Made by a program: the position numbers and the translations under genes
Notes under the pieces: model-generated
Told to the model about the DNA's origin: nothing
Seen by the model: the letters and a program-made list of their open reading frames with translations, nothing else
Database searches by the model: none
In this document: positions 46,723 to 56,985 of the stretch, piece by piece
Layout of the letters: every line of letters begins with the position of its first letter
How positions within the stretch are numbered: the stretch's first letter is position 1
Assembly (NCBI GenBank): GCA_963786955.1
Contig: CAWBAT010000005.1
Span: 1,088,001-1,152,000, forward strand
Source of the DNA: an uncultured Acidimicrobiia bacterium
Lineage (GTDB): Bacteria; Acidobacteriota; Terriglobia; Versatilivoradales; Versatilivoraceae
Length of the DNA: 64,000 bases
Direction: 5' to 3'

Positions 46723-48702
46723 CCCAACTTCGTCACGTTAGAGTCGATTTTAGTTTTTTTGATGGTTGGGGCGAGGGAAGTGGTTTGTTTACAGCACTGG
46801 GATTGTGGAAAGCCGATGTAGTGCAGACCTACCCCCTTGTGTGGGCTCGATCGGCATGTCACTATCGGGCCTTATGTTTCTGCGATCTCATCAGCGAAGC
46901 AAAGATGGTAAGGATCATCGTTACTGGTCTTTGGTCGAGACGGTTCGCACGCCTGACGGGCCAAGGCAGCGAACGCTCTGTTACCTGGGAGAACTGAATG
47001 GCAACGCGCAGGCCCGTTGGCTAAAGACCATTGAGGTGTTCAACGAACAAGGGGAAAGTCGTCAGTTAAAGTTGTTTCCGGCGGAGGTGGAGTTTTCCGA
47101 CAACGATCCGAATGTGGCGCGAGTGTTGTTGAAGAAAGTTCGTTTGGAACGAACGCGCCAGTTTGGAAACTGTTTTTTGGGTCTGGAACTGTGGAAGCGA
47201 CTGGGACTGGATAGGTTTTACGAAGGGCAGCTGGATCAAGAGAGGGCCCAGGTTGGCTGGTCGCGGGTGGCGGCGGTTCTGGCGATCAACCGGCTGTGTG
47301 CTCCTGGCAGTGAGTTGTCGATTGAAGAGCGTTGGTATCCGTCCACAGCCTTGGATGATCTGCTGGGGATTGGGGAGGGCCAGCTCAACGACACCCGCCT
47401 GTATCGTTGTCTGGATCGTTTGTTGCCGCACAAGAAGAAGCTGGAACAACATCTCAAGCAGCGTTATGGGGAACTGTTTGGGGCGGAGTTTGATGTCCTG
47501 CTGTATGACCTGACGAGCAGTTATGTGGAAGGGGCCGCCGAGCAGAACCCGCTGCTGCAGCGCGGGTATTCGCGGGATCACCGGCCCGACTGCAAGCAGT
47601 TGATCATCGCTTTGATTGTGAATGTCGAGGGATTTCCATTCAGTTACGAGACTATGGATGGAGACCGTGCGGATGTGACCACGCTGGAAACGATGTTGCA
47701 AATGGTGGAGCGAAAGTATGGAAAGGCACGGCGGGTGTGGGTATTTGACCGGGGGATCGTCAGTGAGGAGAACCTGGCTGCTTTGCGAAAACGCGGGGGG
47801 CAGTATTTGGTGGGAACGCCGCGGAAGAAGCTGAAGGAGTTTGAACAGGAGTTACTGGCAGAGGGCTGGGAGCAGGTGCGGCCGGAGGTAGAAGTGAAAC
47901 TGGTCGCGACGCCGGCTGGCGAAGAAACCTACGTGTTGTGCCGGACGGCCGCTCGCCAGCAGAAAGAGAGGGCGATTCGGAGTCGCTTCTCGGCCCGGAT
48001 CGAGGAGGCGCTCGGTCGACTCGCCAAACGCGTGCGGGAGGGAAGGCTCAAAGACCGCAACAAGATCGAGCGCCAGATCGGAAAGATCCAAGCCCGCCAT
48101 CCGCAGGTGGCGGATTTGTACCAGATGGATGTTGAGGAAACCAGCCAGGGGCTTCGCTTCGTCTGGAAGCTGGTGAAGGACTGCCAAGCCTGGCAGCAAC
48201 TGCGCGAGGGTGCTTACCTGCTGAGGACCAATCTACAGGCTGAGAGCGCTGAACAGCTCTGGAGCCAATACATCCAACTGACGGAAGCCGAGGCGGCGTT
48301 TCGTGTCTTAAAGAGCGAACTGTTGATTCGTCCGCTCTTTCATCAGCTCGAACGCCGCGTGAAGTCCCATGTCTTGGTGGCCTTCCTGGGTTACGCGCTC
48401 TGGGTGACGCTCAAACATCTTCTTCATCGAAAAGGCTCAAAGCTGTCTCCGGCCAAAGCCTTGTCGCTGCTGTCAAGCGTACACAGCACTGACATCATCC
48501 TTCCGACAACCGACGGCCGTCAGATCAGGTTGCGTCGAGTGACGACGCCGACCGAAGAGCAAAATACCTTACTCGACCACCTCGGCTTGGAGTTGCCCGA
48601 AAGACTCAATTTTGACTATGAATGTAGTGCAGACTTAGCAGCAGGCTAAATTGTTTCTAAACGACTTAACAGAAAATCAGGTCACTTCGTGACGAACTTG
48701 GG
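46723..48702 (+). mobile_element. IS1634-family insertion sequence (1980 bp)
   Basis: 15-bp TIRs CCCAACTTCGTCACG / CGTGACGAACTTGGG (14/15); flanking CTAA duplication at 46719-46722 and 48703-48706. Confidence 0.9.
46874..48649 (+). CDS. IS1634-family DDE transposase
   Basis: MFLR..KDGK.H.YWSLVE..GPRQ..YLG; LLYDLTS, GYSRDHRPD, VFDRG, EAAFR.LK, RPLFHQ. Confidence 0.93.
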   Translation: MFLRSHQRSKDGKDHRYWSLVETVRTPDGPRQRTLCYLGELNGNAQARWLKTIEVFNEQGESRQLKLFPAEVEFSDNDPNVARVLLKKVRLERTRQFGNCFLGLELWKRLGLDRFYEGQLDQERAQVGWSRVAAVLAINRLCAPGSELSIEERWYPSTALDDLLGIGEGQLNDTRLYRCLDRLLPHKKKLEQHLKQRYGELFGAEFDVLLYDLTSSYVEGAAEQNPLLQRGYSRDHRPDCKQLIIALIVNVEGFPFSYETMDGDRADVTTLETMLQMVERKYGKARRVWVFDRGIVSEENLAALRKRGGQYLVGTPRKKLKEFEQELLAEGWEQVRPEVEVKLVATPAGEETYVLCRTAARQQKERAIRSRFSARIEEALGRLAKRVREGRLKDRNKIERQIGKIQARHPQVADLYQMDVEETSQGLRFVWKLVKDCQAWQQLREGAYLLRTNLQAESAEQLWSQYIQLTEAEAAFRVLKSELLIRPLFHQLERRVKSHVLVAFLGYALWVTLKHLLHRKGSKLSPAKALSLLSSVHSTDIILPTTDGRQIRLRRVTTPTEEQNTLLDHLGLELPERLNFDYECSADLAAG

Positions 48703-49084
48703 CTAAGCCTCCAAAGTTGTAGGCATGAAGCATTCTCAATGCTTCAACACCGCCCCGGCGTTAACGTCACCGTAATCACGAATAGCTGTTCTAAGTAACC
48801 GCATTCCACCTCACGACCCAGCTATTTTCTGCTTCCAGACCTGGGGGATTCCCGCTTTCCCGGGTCTCATTATCCTCCCGCATCTTCTTCACTCTGTTCC
48901 CCTTTCCCCCGTTTTGCACCTGCCCTACTTGAAGCCGCAACTTACGGAATTCTCTTGATTTGAACATGATGGGATCCCAGTCAAAATAAGGGGGAAGGTC
49001 AACCAATCAAAATAATGCCTTCCCCAAATTATGCCGATTTAGCTTTCTATAGAATGGTTTAGTCTGGATTGAAGGTCGGGCGAC

Positions 49085-49780
49085 ATGAAATCTGAAGCCT
49101 CAGCAAAAATATGGGTTGTGGATGATGATGTTGGATATGCCGGCGTGCTGGTAGACTGTTTTGCGGGTCTCAAATTCGATGTCGTCTATATGGACTCGGG
49201 CGAGAAGGCTTTGGAGGAACTTGAGCGGTCGAGGCCAGATCTGATCCTGCTGGATATTAAAATGCCCCTGATGGATGGCTTCGAATTGTGCCAGCGAATT
49301 CGAAGCCATCCCGAATACGATGGGGTCCTTATCATCATGCTGACCGGGGTGGGGGAAGTCGAGGACAAGATTAAGGCCATCGAAATTGGTGCTAACGATT
49401 ACGTGGTCAAGCCTTCCGGGCTCTCGCAATTGTTTGAGGTGATTGCCCGGGTCAACCGCTTTCTCGAAACCAAGCGCGGATATCTTCAAAAAATGGAAGA
49501 AGAGAAATTCGGGGCACTAAAGGGCACCACGAATACCCTCTGCCACGAGATCAATAACCCGCTCACCGCCATCTTTGGTTCAGCCAGAACTCTTGCCAAC
49601 CGGCTGGCAGAGAGGGACGAATTCTCAGACTTGCTAAGGGAAACCAACAATATCCTGGACGCTTCCCAGAGAATTCGCACGATCACCCAACAACTGGCTC
49701 GCGCAATCCGCGTGGTCACCACCGAGCCGGTCCCTGGGGTAACCATGATCGATCTCGACGCCTCTGCCAAGGAAGAGTAA
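49085..49780 (+). CDS. Receiver domain plus HisKA-like dimerisation domain, no ATPase domain
   Basis: VVDDD, LLDIKMP.MDG, KP; HEINNPLTAI H-box. Confidence 0.85.
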   Translation: MKSEASAKIWVVDDDVGYAGVLVDCFAGLKFDVVYMDSGEKALEELERSRPDLILLDIKMPLMDGFELCQRIRSHPEYDGVLIIMLTGVGEVEDKIKAIEIGANDYVVKPSGLSQLFEVIARVNRFLETKRGYLQKMEEEKFGALKGTTNTLCHEINNPLTAIFGSARTLANRLAERDEFSDLLRETNNILDASQRIRTITQQLARAIRVVTTEPVPGVTMIDLDASAKEE

Positions 49781-50006
49781 TCCTACAGTGCCAACAGACC
49801 TTCGGGACAGCCCTGGCAGGACAGCCTCGCCGAGACTGCCGATGATTTAGCGTGCCATCCAATTGCCTCTTCCTTTAATTTACCCGAACGGGATTCCTAT
49901 CTGACTGCAGTGCTACGGACATGGCCGCCGATGAACGCTGATAAACAGGAAAGAGAAGAAGGGTTTGCTTACGGCTGAGCCTTCAATTGTCAGGTTCGTA
50001 AACAGC

Positions 50007-50240
50007 TCAAGAGGCCTCCTGCCGGAAGGCTTCCAGAGTCCAAATGGTCACATCTTCTCCCCAACGATTGCGCAGAACATAAAAGTTGTTGTCTTCGGCT
50101 CTGACTCGAAAATAGCTGTTGCCGGGACTGTACCACTGGTCTGTCACCTCTTTAACTTCAAGGCACCGATCTCCCAGAAAAAAGCGCAAGGGGCGCTCAT
50201 CAGCCTTATATCCGGAATGACATTCAACCCGAATGCGCAT
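50007..50240 (-). CDS. Small hypothetical protein
   Basis: MRIRVECHSGYKADERPLRF..DQWY..YFRVRA; follows the hydroxylase operon on the same strand. Confidence 0.65.
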   Translation of the reverse strand: MRIRVECHSGYKADERPLRFFLGDRCLEVKEVTDQWYSPGNSYFRVRAEDNNFYVLRNRWGEDVTIWTLEAFRQEAS

Positions 50241-50299
50241 AAGTTGTATCGTTGCCCCCTGAACAACTGGCAACAGGAAAGCAATTTCGGAATTCGAGC

Positions 50300-52576
50300 T
50301 TATGGGTTCTGTTTCTGCTGTAGAGCCTTAAAGATTCGCGGCGGAGACATGGGCAGCTCATACATTCGCACGCCGATGGCGTGATAAATGGCATTCGCAA
50401 TAGCCGCGGGCGGCGGGACAATCGGAACCTCACCGACTCCACGCACTCCGTAAGGGTGGCCCGGGTTGGGGACCTCGACAATAATGGTTTCTATCATCGG
50501 TAGATCCAGGCTTGTTGGCATTCGATAGTCCAAGAAACTGGCGTTCAGCATTTGTCCGGTTTCATTATAAACGTACTCCTCGTTGAGGGCCCAGCCGATT
50601 CCCTGCACAGCCCCACCTTGCATTTGACCTTCGACATAGCTCGGGTGGATGGCTTTTCCAACATCCTGAACCGCCGTATATCGCAAGATGGTCACTTTGC
50701 CTGTTTCCGGATCCACCTCAACATCAGCAATATGAGTTGCAAACGCCCCGCCCACGCCGGCGGGGGTAACCGTTGTGCGGGTCCCGATATCAATGCCTCT
50801 CTCGGCCAGATTTGCGGCGAGCTTTTTGAAGGTGATGGTCTGCTCGGGGTTGGGGATTGATGAAAACAGGCCATCTTCATAACGGACCTGGTCTGGATTG
50901 ACCTTCCACAGCTTAGCAGCTTCCGCGATCAACTGTTTCTTGATCTCTTGGCCTGCCTCATAGGCGGCCCAACCGGTCGCAAAGGTCACGCGGCTTCCCC
51001 CGGTTACTTCCGTGTAACCGACGGACTCGGTGTCGACCACCGATGGGTGCACGTCTTCTGCTCGAATCCCGAGAGACTCGGCGAGTTGCATCGCCACCGA
51101 CGTCCGGGTGCCGCCAATGTCTGTAGAGCCTTCCGCCAGAGTGACGGTTCCGTCACCATTGAGTCGTGTCACGACACTGGAAGTGAAGCCCACATTCAAC
51201 CAATAACCGGAAGCCACCCCTCTTCCTCGATACGGTCCAGCCAGGGGAGAGCGATAGTGCTCGGAGCTGCGGGCGGCCTCAACAGTTTCGATATTGCCAA
51301 TCTTGGGATGGCGTACGCCATGAGACTGAAGATCACCCTCCTTGGCGGCATTCTTGAGGCGGAATTCAAAGGGGTCCATTGCGAGGAGCTCGCAGAATTC
51401 ATCGATCAAAGCTTCGGTCGCAAATTCGGCGTTGGGAGCTCCCGGTGCTCGATAGGCCGCCGTTTTCGGCTTGTTGACGACTACGTCGTACATTTCAATG
51501 ACCACGTTTTCCACGTTGTACGGGGCGATCAAACAAATCCCTCCGCAATTCACAATGGATCCTGGGAACGCACCCGCTTCGTAGGCCAGCATGGCCTCGA
51601 CAGCGGTGATGTGACCGTCCCGCGTAACCCCCATTTTCAAGCGGACGTAGGACGCAGAAGTCGGCCCGGATCCAATAAAAACTTCCGTTCGGTTCATCTG
51701 GACCTTCACCGGACGTCTGGCTTTTTGGGAGAGCAAGGCGGCAATGGGTTCCACATAGACGGGAATCTTTCCGCCAAACCCTCCGCCAATCTCGGTCGGA
51801 ATTACTTTGAGTTTTGAAACCGGGATGTTGAGGATTTGATGCACACTCGTGCGGACGGTAAAAGCACCTTGCGTACTGCTCCATATCGTGAGTTGGCCAT
51901 CGGCATTCCACGATGCCGTGGCGGCGTGAGGCTCGATATACCCCTGATGGACTGTGGCGCTTCGATATTCACGTTCAAGAATGTGGTCAGCCGCGGCAAA
52001 TCCTGCCTGGATATCCCCTTTTTGAAAGGTCTGATGAGAAGCCACATTACTCGGAGCAGCGCTCTTGTGGCCCAGCTCGTCAGTGTGAAGGGTTTCGTGC
52101 AGCAAGGGAGAGGTTTCTTTCATGGCCGCGAGAACTTCGAGGACAACGGGAAGCACTTCGTATTCAACCTCGATCTGCTTCAGCGCCTCTTCTGCAATAT
52201 GAGGGCTGGTGGCAGCCACGGCGGCAATGGCATGGCCATGATAAAGGACCTTGCCCGAAGCCAGCACATTCTGGCTCAGGTATTTGAGAGGAACTTCCCC
52301 TAACTCCCCCAAGAGAGCCGTACGATCACCCATATCCGGAAGATCAACGGCTGTCACGACGGCTTTGACTCCCGCCATCGCCTCTGCTTTTTCTGTCTTG
52401 ATCGATTTGATTCGGGCATGGGCGTGGGGGCTGCGCAAAATCTTCCCATGGAGCAGCCCGGTAAGCTGGATATCGGCCCCATACAAAGCTCTTCCTGTGA
52501 CTTTGTCTACTCCATCGTGTCGTACAGGCCGTGTGCCAATGACTTTGTAAGGCCCCTCCATCGTTGTCGAACTCAT
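50300..52576 (-). CDS. Xanthine dehydrogenase-family Mo-binding large subunit
   Basis: KVTG, RSPHAHARI, GGGFGGK, AYRAPGAP, GQMQGG..QG, GVGE. Confidence 0.93.
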   Translation of the reverse strand: MSSTTMEGPYKVIGTRPVRHDGVDKVTGRALYGADIQLTGLLHGKILRSPHAHARIKSIKTEKAEAMAGVKAVVTAVDLPDMGDRTALLGELGEVPLKYLSQNVLASGKVLYHGHAIAAVAATSPHIAEEALKQIEVEYEVLPVVLEVLAAMKETSPLLHETLHTDELGHKSAAPSNVASHQTFQKGDIQAGFAAADHILEREYRSATVHQGYIEPHAATASWNADGQLTIWSSTQGAFTVRTSVHQILNIPVSKLKVIPTEIGGGFGGKIPVYVEPIAALLSQKARRPVKVQMNRTEVFIGSGPTSASYVRLKMGVTRDGHITAVEAMLAYEAGAFPGSIVNCGGICLIAPYNVENVVIEMYDVVVNKPKTAAYRAPGAPNAEFATEALIDEFCELLAMDPFEFRLKNAAKEGDLQSHGVRHPKIGNIETVEAARSSEHYRSPLAGPYRGRGVASGYWLNVGFTSSVVTRLNGDGTVTLAEGSTDIGGTRTSVAMQLAESLGIRAEDVHPSVVDTESVGYTEVTGGSRVTFATGWAAYEAGQEIKKQLIAEAAKLWKVNPDQVRYEDGLFSSIPNPEQTITFKKLAANLAERGIDIGTRTTVTPAGVGGAFATHIADVEVDPETGKVTILRYTAVQDVGKAIHPSYVEGQMQGGAVQGIGWALNEEYVYNETGQMLNASFLDYRMPTSLDLPMIETIIVEVPNPGHPYGVRGVGEVPIVPPPAAIANAIYHAIGVRMYELPMSPPRIFKALQQKQNP

Positions 52577-53058
52577 TTTTTCAATTCCTCCAGGCGACTT
52601 TCTGCGTCAAGAACCGCTCGAATGATCTTATCGTAGCCGGTGCAGCGGCACAAATTTCCGGCACACCAGTGGCGGATCTCGGCTTCCGTGGCGTGTGGAT
52701 TACGGTCTAGCAGAGCCTTCGCAGCGACAATAAATCCCGGTGTACAAATGCCACATTGGAGCGCGGCGTTCTCAAGAAACGCCTGCTGCAAGGGATGTAA
52801 TCCATTGGGTCCCATGACCCCCTCGATCGTTTCGATGAGGGCTCCCTCTGCTTCTGGTCCTAACACGAGGCAGGAGTTGACGAGCAAGCCATTCATGATG
52901 ACGTTACAAGCCCCACAATTCCCATTATTACAGCCTTCTTTGGAACCGATGAGGTTGAGCTCATCCCGCAAGACTTCCAGCAGGCTTTGTCGCGGCTCGC
53001 AGAGAAACTCGATATGGTCTCCGTTGATCGTGGTGTTGACCTGGACTTTTCCTGGCAT
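52573..53058 (-). CDS. 2x[2Fe-2S] small subunit
   Basis: GC..G.CGAC, QCGICTPG, NLCRCTGY. Confidence 0.95.
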   Translation of the reverse strand: MPGKVQVNTTINGDHIEFLCEPRQSLLEVLRDELNLIGSKEGCNNGNCGACNVIMNGLLVNSCLVLGPEAEGALIETIEGVMGPNGLHPLQQAFLENAALQCGICTPGFIVAAKALLDRNPHATEAEIRHWCAGNLCRCTGYDKIIRAVLDAESRLEELKK

Positions 53059-53060
53059 CG

Positions 53061-53936
53061 TTAAGCCCCCTTTGCTCGTTCAATAGCCGAATGAAGCGCA
53101 CGGCGGGTCAGGACCCCCACCAGATGGCGCCGGTATTCCGCAGTTCCTCGCATATCGGTAATTGGATGCGAAACAGCCTGTGCTGAAGCGGCCGCTTTCT
53201 GAATCGATTCCTCGCTGATCTTTTTTCCGGTGAGATAGGATCCCGCTTCTTTTGCCAACAAAGGGGTGGGGGCCACGGCTCCAAGAGCGATTCTTGCTCG
53301 AACGCACGTCAGTCGATCCGCGCTTAACTCGATGGAAACCCCGCAGCCGACCACGGCGATGTCCATTTCATTCCGAGGAATAAATCGCAAATAGCTTGCG
53401 CCAAAATGCTTCGGTGGAGGTGGGATCTTCAGGGCAACCAGGAGTTCGGTGGGCGACAATACGTTTTTTCCCGGCGCGGTGCAAAAATCCTCCACGGGAA
53501 CCGTTCTTGTGCCTTCAGGCCCCGCAATCCAACAGACCGCATGATGCGCGATGAGTGCAGGAATCGAATCTGCGGCCGGCGATGAGTTACAGAGGTTTCC
53601 CCCGAACGAGGCGCGGCTTTGGATTTGGACGCCGCCGACGAGCGATGCGGCGTCGACTAGCCCCGGGTAGATTTTTTGGATCCCAGGGTCTTCATAGATC
53701 CGGTAGCAAGGGACAGAGGCGCCCAGATGAAGGCCTTGAATCGGGTCGTACCGCATTTCTATCAGTTCGGGGATCTTCTTGATATCGATCATCATGTCGA
53801 GATGACGGCGGTCTTCCCTGACCTGGACGATTAGGTCCGTCCCGCCACTCAAAACTCGAGCACGATTTCCTTTTACCTGGAGTAAGGCAAGCGCTCCCTG
53901 CAAAGTGGACGGAGCCGCGTATTCAAACGTTTGCAA
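53061..53936 (-). CDS. FAD-binding medium subunit
   Basis: SGGTDL, GGNLCNSSPAAD, PITDMRGTAEYR; TTG start after GGAGG. Confidence 0.93.
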   Translation of the reverse strand: MQTFEYAAPSTLQGALALLQVKGNRARVLSGGTDLIVQVREDRRHLDMMIDIKKIPELIEMRYDPIQGLHLGASVPCYRIYEDPGIQKIYPGLVDAASLVGGVQIQSRASFGGNLCNSSPAADSIPALIAHHAVCWIAGPEGTRTVPVEDFCTAPGKNVLSPTELLVALKIPPPPKHFGASYLRFIPRNEMDIAVVGCGVSIELSADRLTCVRARIALGAVAPTPLLAKEAGSYLTGKKISEESIQKAAASAQAVSHPITDMRGTAEYRRHLVGVLTRRALHSAIERAKGA

Positions 53937-54017
53937 TTTTCTTACCTCCCTATGTTCTGATCGAAGAATAATCGAACGAAGAAAGAGAATCAATCGAAAG
54001 CGAAATAATGTAGAGAA

Positions 54018-55187
54018 TCACCGACTGATCTGCCGGGTGGCTTCTTCGATTCGGTCCAGAGCGTTTGCCAGGTTCTCCATTGAATTGGCGTAGGAGAGTC
54101 GAATGAATCCTTCACCGTAGGCCCCGAACGAGGCACCTGAAAGGACCGCCACGCCTGCCTTATCGAGCAGGTAGTCCGCAAAGTCAGCACTGTTCATTCC
54201 AAAAGACCGGATGTTGGGAAACGCATAAAATGCCCCTGGAGGACAAACACAGTGAATCCCGGGTATGGCATTGAGCCGCTTCCAAACGAAGTCTCGCCTG
54301 CTTCGAAACTCCTCCACCATCTGATGGACTTCCTTCTTTGTGTGAGTCAGCGCCACCAGGCCGGCTCTTTGGACGAATGGAGCCGTGCAAGAGACGCTGT
54401 TCGTAACCAGAGTAGAGATGTGTGTCTGCAAGTCTGGATGCATGATTCCGTAACCCAATCGCCAGCCCGTCATGGCATAGGTCTTCGAAAAACCATCTAA
54501 GATGACGGTTCGCGCAAGCATATCCGGGAATGAGCTGATACTGTGATGTTTGCCTTCATACAGGATCTTCCCGTAAATTTCATCGGACAGAATCCAGATA
54601 TCTTTGTCTCTGGCAATGTCTGCGATCGCCTCGAGATCGCCTTCGGTGAGGACACCGCCGGTAGGGTTCTGAGGTGAATTGATAATAATCAACCTCGTCT
54701 TAGAGGTGACTCTTTGCTTCAGGTCTTCTACTCTGAACCGGAAATCGTGCTCTTCAACAAGAGGAAGTGAAACAGGTTTTCCACCGACGAAGTTGATCAT
54801 CGATTCGTAGATCGGGAACCCGGGGTTTGGAGTAATGACCTCATCTCCGTCATCGACGACGGCCAGGATGAGGTAAAACATAATGGGTTTGGCGCCGGGC
54901 GTGATCACAACCCAATCCGGATCCACCGAGATTCCTCTGGTTTGCCCGACTTCTGTGGCAATGGCTGCGCGAAGTTCGTTCAATCCCGATGGACCACAAT
55001 AATGCGTATACCCCTCATCGAGCGCCTGTTTCGCGGAATCGATCACCGCTTTGGGAGTGGGGAAATCAGGCTCGCCAATTTCGAGATGGATAATTTGCCT
55101 GCCTTGAGCCTCCAGGGCCTTGGCTTTTACCAAAACCTGGAAGGCACTCTCCGTTCCAAGTTTGCTGAGACGTTTGGCCAGTTTCAA
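54018..55187 (-). CDS. Class I/II PLP aminotransferase (aspartate aminotransferase-like)
   Basis: IGEPDF, NSPQNPTG, SDEIY, GFSKTYAMTGWRLG; TTG start after AAGGAG. Confidence 0.93.
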   Translation of the reverse strand: MKLAKRLSKLGTESAFQVLVKAKALEAQGRQIIHLEIGEPDFPTPKAVIDSAKQALDEGYTHYCGPSGLNELRAAIATEVGQTRGISVDPDWVVITPGAKPIMFYLILAVVDDGDEVITPNPGFPIYESMINFVGGKPVSLPLVEEHDFRFRVEDLKQRVTSKTRLIIINSPQNPTGGVLTEGDLEAIADIARDKDIWILSDEIYGKILYEGKHHSISSFPDMLARTVILDGFSKTYAMTGWRLGYGIMHPDLQTHISTLVTNSVSCTAPFVQRAGLVALTHTKKEVHQMVEEFRSRRDFVWKRLNAIPGIHCVCPPGAFYAFPNIRSFGMNSADFADYLLDKAGVAVLSGASFGAYGEGFIRLSYANSMENLANALDRIEEATRQISR

Positions 55188-55191
55188 ATGT

Positions 55192-56040
55192 TTACTCCTT
55201 ATCCGTTGAATCGAGCAAAATTTTGTAAAGGGTCCGTTTAGGGATGCGAAACTGAATGGCCAGTTCTTTAAGCGCTTCATTCTTAGTCATTCCCAGCCGT
55301 TCGATCAACTCCTTGGTTTTTTCTTCGACCAGGTCTTTCATAGGGAGGCTTGAGGGGATCTCGGGCAAGTGTTTTTTCTCGAGGATCAAAACAATTTCGC
55401 CCTTTACAGGTTTTTTTGAAAAGTGGATGAGTGCCTCCGCGACGGTTCCAAAGAAAATCTCTTCGTAGATTTTTGTGATTTCTCTGACAACGGTGATCAG
55501 TCTTGGACCCAGGATTTCTTGAACATCCGCAAGCGTATCCAACAACCGGAGGGGCGATTCAAAAAGGATCACGGTATGGAGTTCTTCTTGGAGCGATTCT
55601 AAGCTCGCGCGGCGAGGATTCTTCCGCGCCGGAAGAAAGCCGAGAAAGATAAAGGAGTCTGTCGGACGGCCTGACGCGCTGAGGGCCGCGGTAAAAGAAC
55701 AGGGACCCGGAATCGGAACAACGCGAATTCCGTTCTCGAGAGCCTTTCGAACGATTCGGTATCCAGGGTCGGAGATGCAGGGTGTCCCCGCGTCGCTGAC
55801 GAGGGCAATTTGTCGCCCGTTTTGTAACTCCGTGAGTAGGCGCGAAGCCTTCTCCAGTTCATTGTGTTCGTGGTAGCTGATTTTGGGCTTATCAATTTGA
55901 TAATGTGTCAGGAGCTTCACCGTATGGCGAGTATCTTCGCAGGCGATCCAGTCGACTTCTCTTAGAACCTGGAGAGCACGCAAGGTAATATCTTCCAAAT
56001 TTCCAATGGGCGTGGCTACTACGTAAAGGGTACCAGACAT
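55192..56040 (-). CDS. rsmI: 16S rRNA 2'-O-methyltransferase
   Basis: VATPIGNLEDIT, CEDTR, SDAGTP.ISDPG. Confidence 0.96.
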   Translation of the reverse strand: MSGTLYVVATPIGNLEDITLRALQVLREVDWIACEDTRHTVKLLTHYQIDKPKISYHEHNELEKASRLLTELQNGRQIALVSDAGTPCISDPGYRIVRKALENGIRVVPIPGPCSFTAALSASGRPTDSFIFLGFLPARKNPRRASLESLQEELHTVILFESPLRLLDTLADVQEILGPRLITVVREITKIYEEIFFGTVAEALIHFSKKPVKGEIVLILEKKHLPEIPSSLPMKDLVEEKTKELIERLGMTKNEALKELAIQFRIPKRTLYKILLDSTDKE

Positions 56041-56157
56041 GAAGAATTTGTACTTACAGAAAGCATGGCGTCAACATTTTCCCCCAAAGTAGGAGAATTC
56101 ATAAAGCGGACCCTTCAAGCAAGAGAGGACAATATCCCCAAACGGAAATCGGCAAGG

Positions 56158-56985
56158 TCAGAGTCCCCAGTCTCGCAGATAATGGAAGTCATGCATGATG
56201 GATCGCGGAGAGAGTTTGCTGATAATGGGTCCGCGTCGTTTGAATTGAGAATTCTGAATTTTCTGAACAATTTTGTGGACAAATTCCTCTTTGAAGCCTT
56301 TCTGAATGAGGGTTTGGGGCCGAGACCGGTTATCAATAAGCTCATGGAGCAATTCATCCACTTCGGCGTATGTAAACCCCAACTCGTCTTCGTCGGATTG
56401 GCCAGCCCACAGATCTGCGGTTGGCTTTTTTTTCAGAATGGAGTCCGGAATACCCAGGTAGGCCGCCAACTGAAAGATATCTGTCTTATAAAGGTCGCCA
56501 ATAGGATTGATGGCCGAGGCCATGTCGCCGTAGAGAGTACCGTAGCCGAGAAGCAACTCGGTTTTATTGGAGGTTCCCAGGACGAGAGCCCGCTTTTCCA
56601 TGGACTTATCGAATAGGACAATCATGCGTGCCCGCGCCATGGCATTCCCGCGACGCAACGAACTGGCTTCCGGTTGTGAGGCAAAATAACCATCAATAAT
56701 AGGAGTAATCTCGATGATTTCACTGGAAACCTGCAATCGATCGACCACCGCCATGGCATCCGTGAGGCTCTCCTTGCTGCTGGTCTTGTACGGCATCAGA
56801 ATCGCATGAACACTCGTGGGGCCCAGCGCTCGCTCGGCCAGAACACAGGAAACGGCAGAATCAATGCCTCCGGAAAGCCCGACAACGATTCGGGAGAAAC
56901 CGGTTTTTCCCAGTTCATCGCGAATAAAGCTTTCAAGTACCTTGGCGGTCAATTCACAATTGATTCTCATTGCGTTTACCTGCAA
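56158..56985 (-). CDS. nadE: NAD+ synthetase, synthetase subunit
   Basis: GLSGGIDS, ARARM, GTSNKTE, PTADL..GQSDE. Confidence 0.95.
   Translation of the reverse strand: MQVNAMRINCELTAKVLESFIRDELGKTGFSRIVVGLSGGIDSAVSCVLAERALGPTSVHAILMPYKTSSKESLTDAMAVVDRLQVSSEIIEITPIIDGYFASQPEASSLRRGNAMARARMIVLFDKSMEKRALVLGTSNKTELLLGYGTLYGDMASAINPIGDLYKTDIFQLAAYLGIPDSILKKKPTADLWAGQSDEDELGFTYAEVDELLHELIDNRSRPQTLIQKGFKEEFVHKIVQKIQNSQFKRRGPIISKLSPRSIMHDFHYLRDWGL

Noticed and set aside
46651-48786. Rebuilt long hairpin as 6S RNA
   Set aside because: It has a dispersed paralogue and REP-like modules, and lacks a recognisable 6S central bubble
50300-53936. Aerobic CO dehydrogenase
   Set aside because: Diagnostic active-site motif and cox accessory genes are absent
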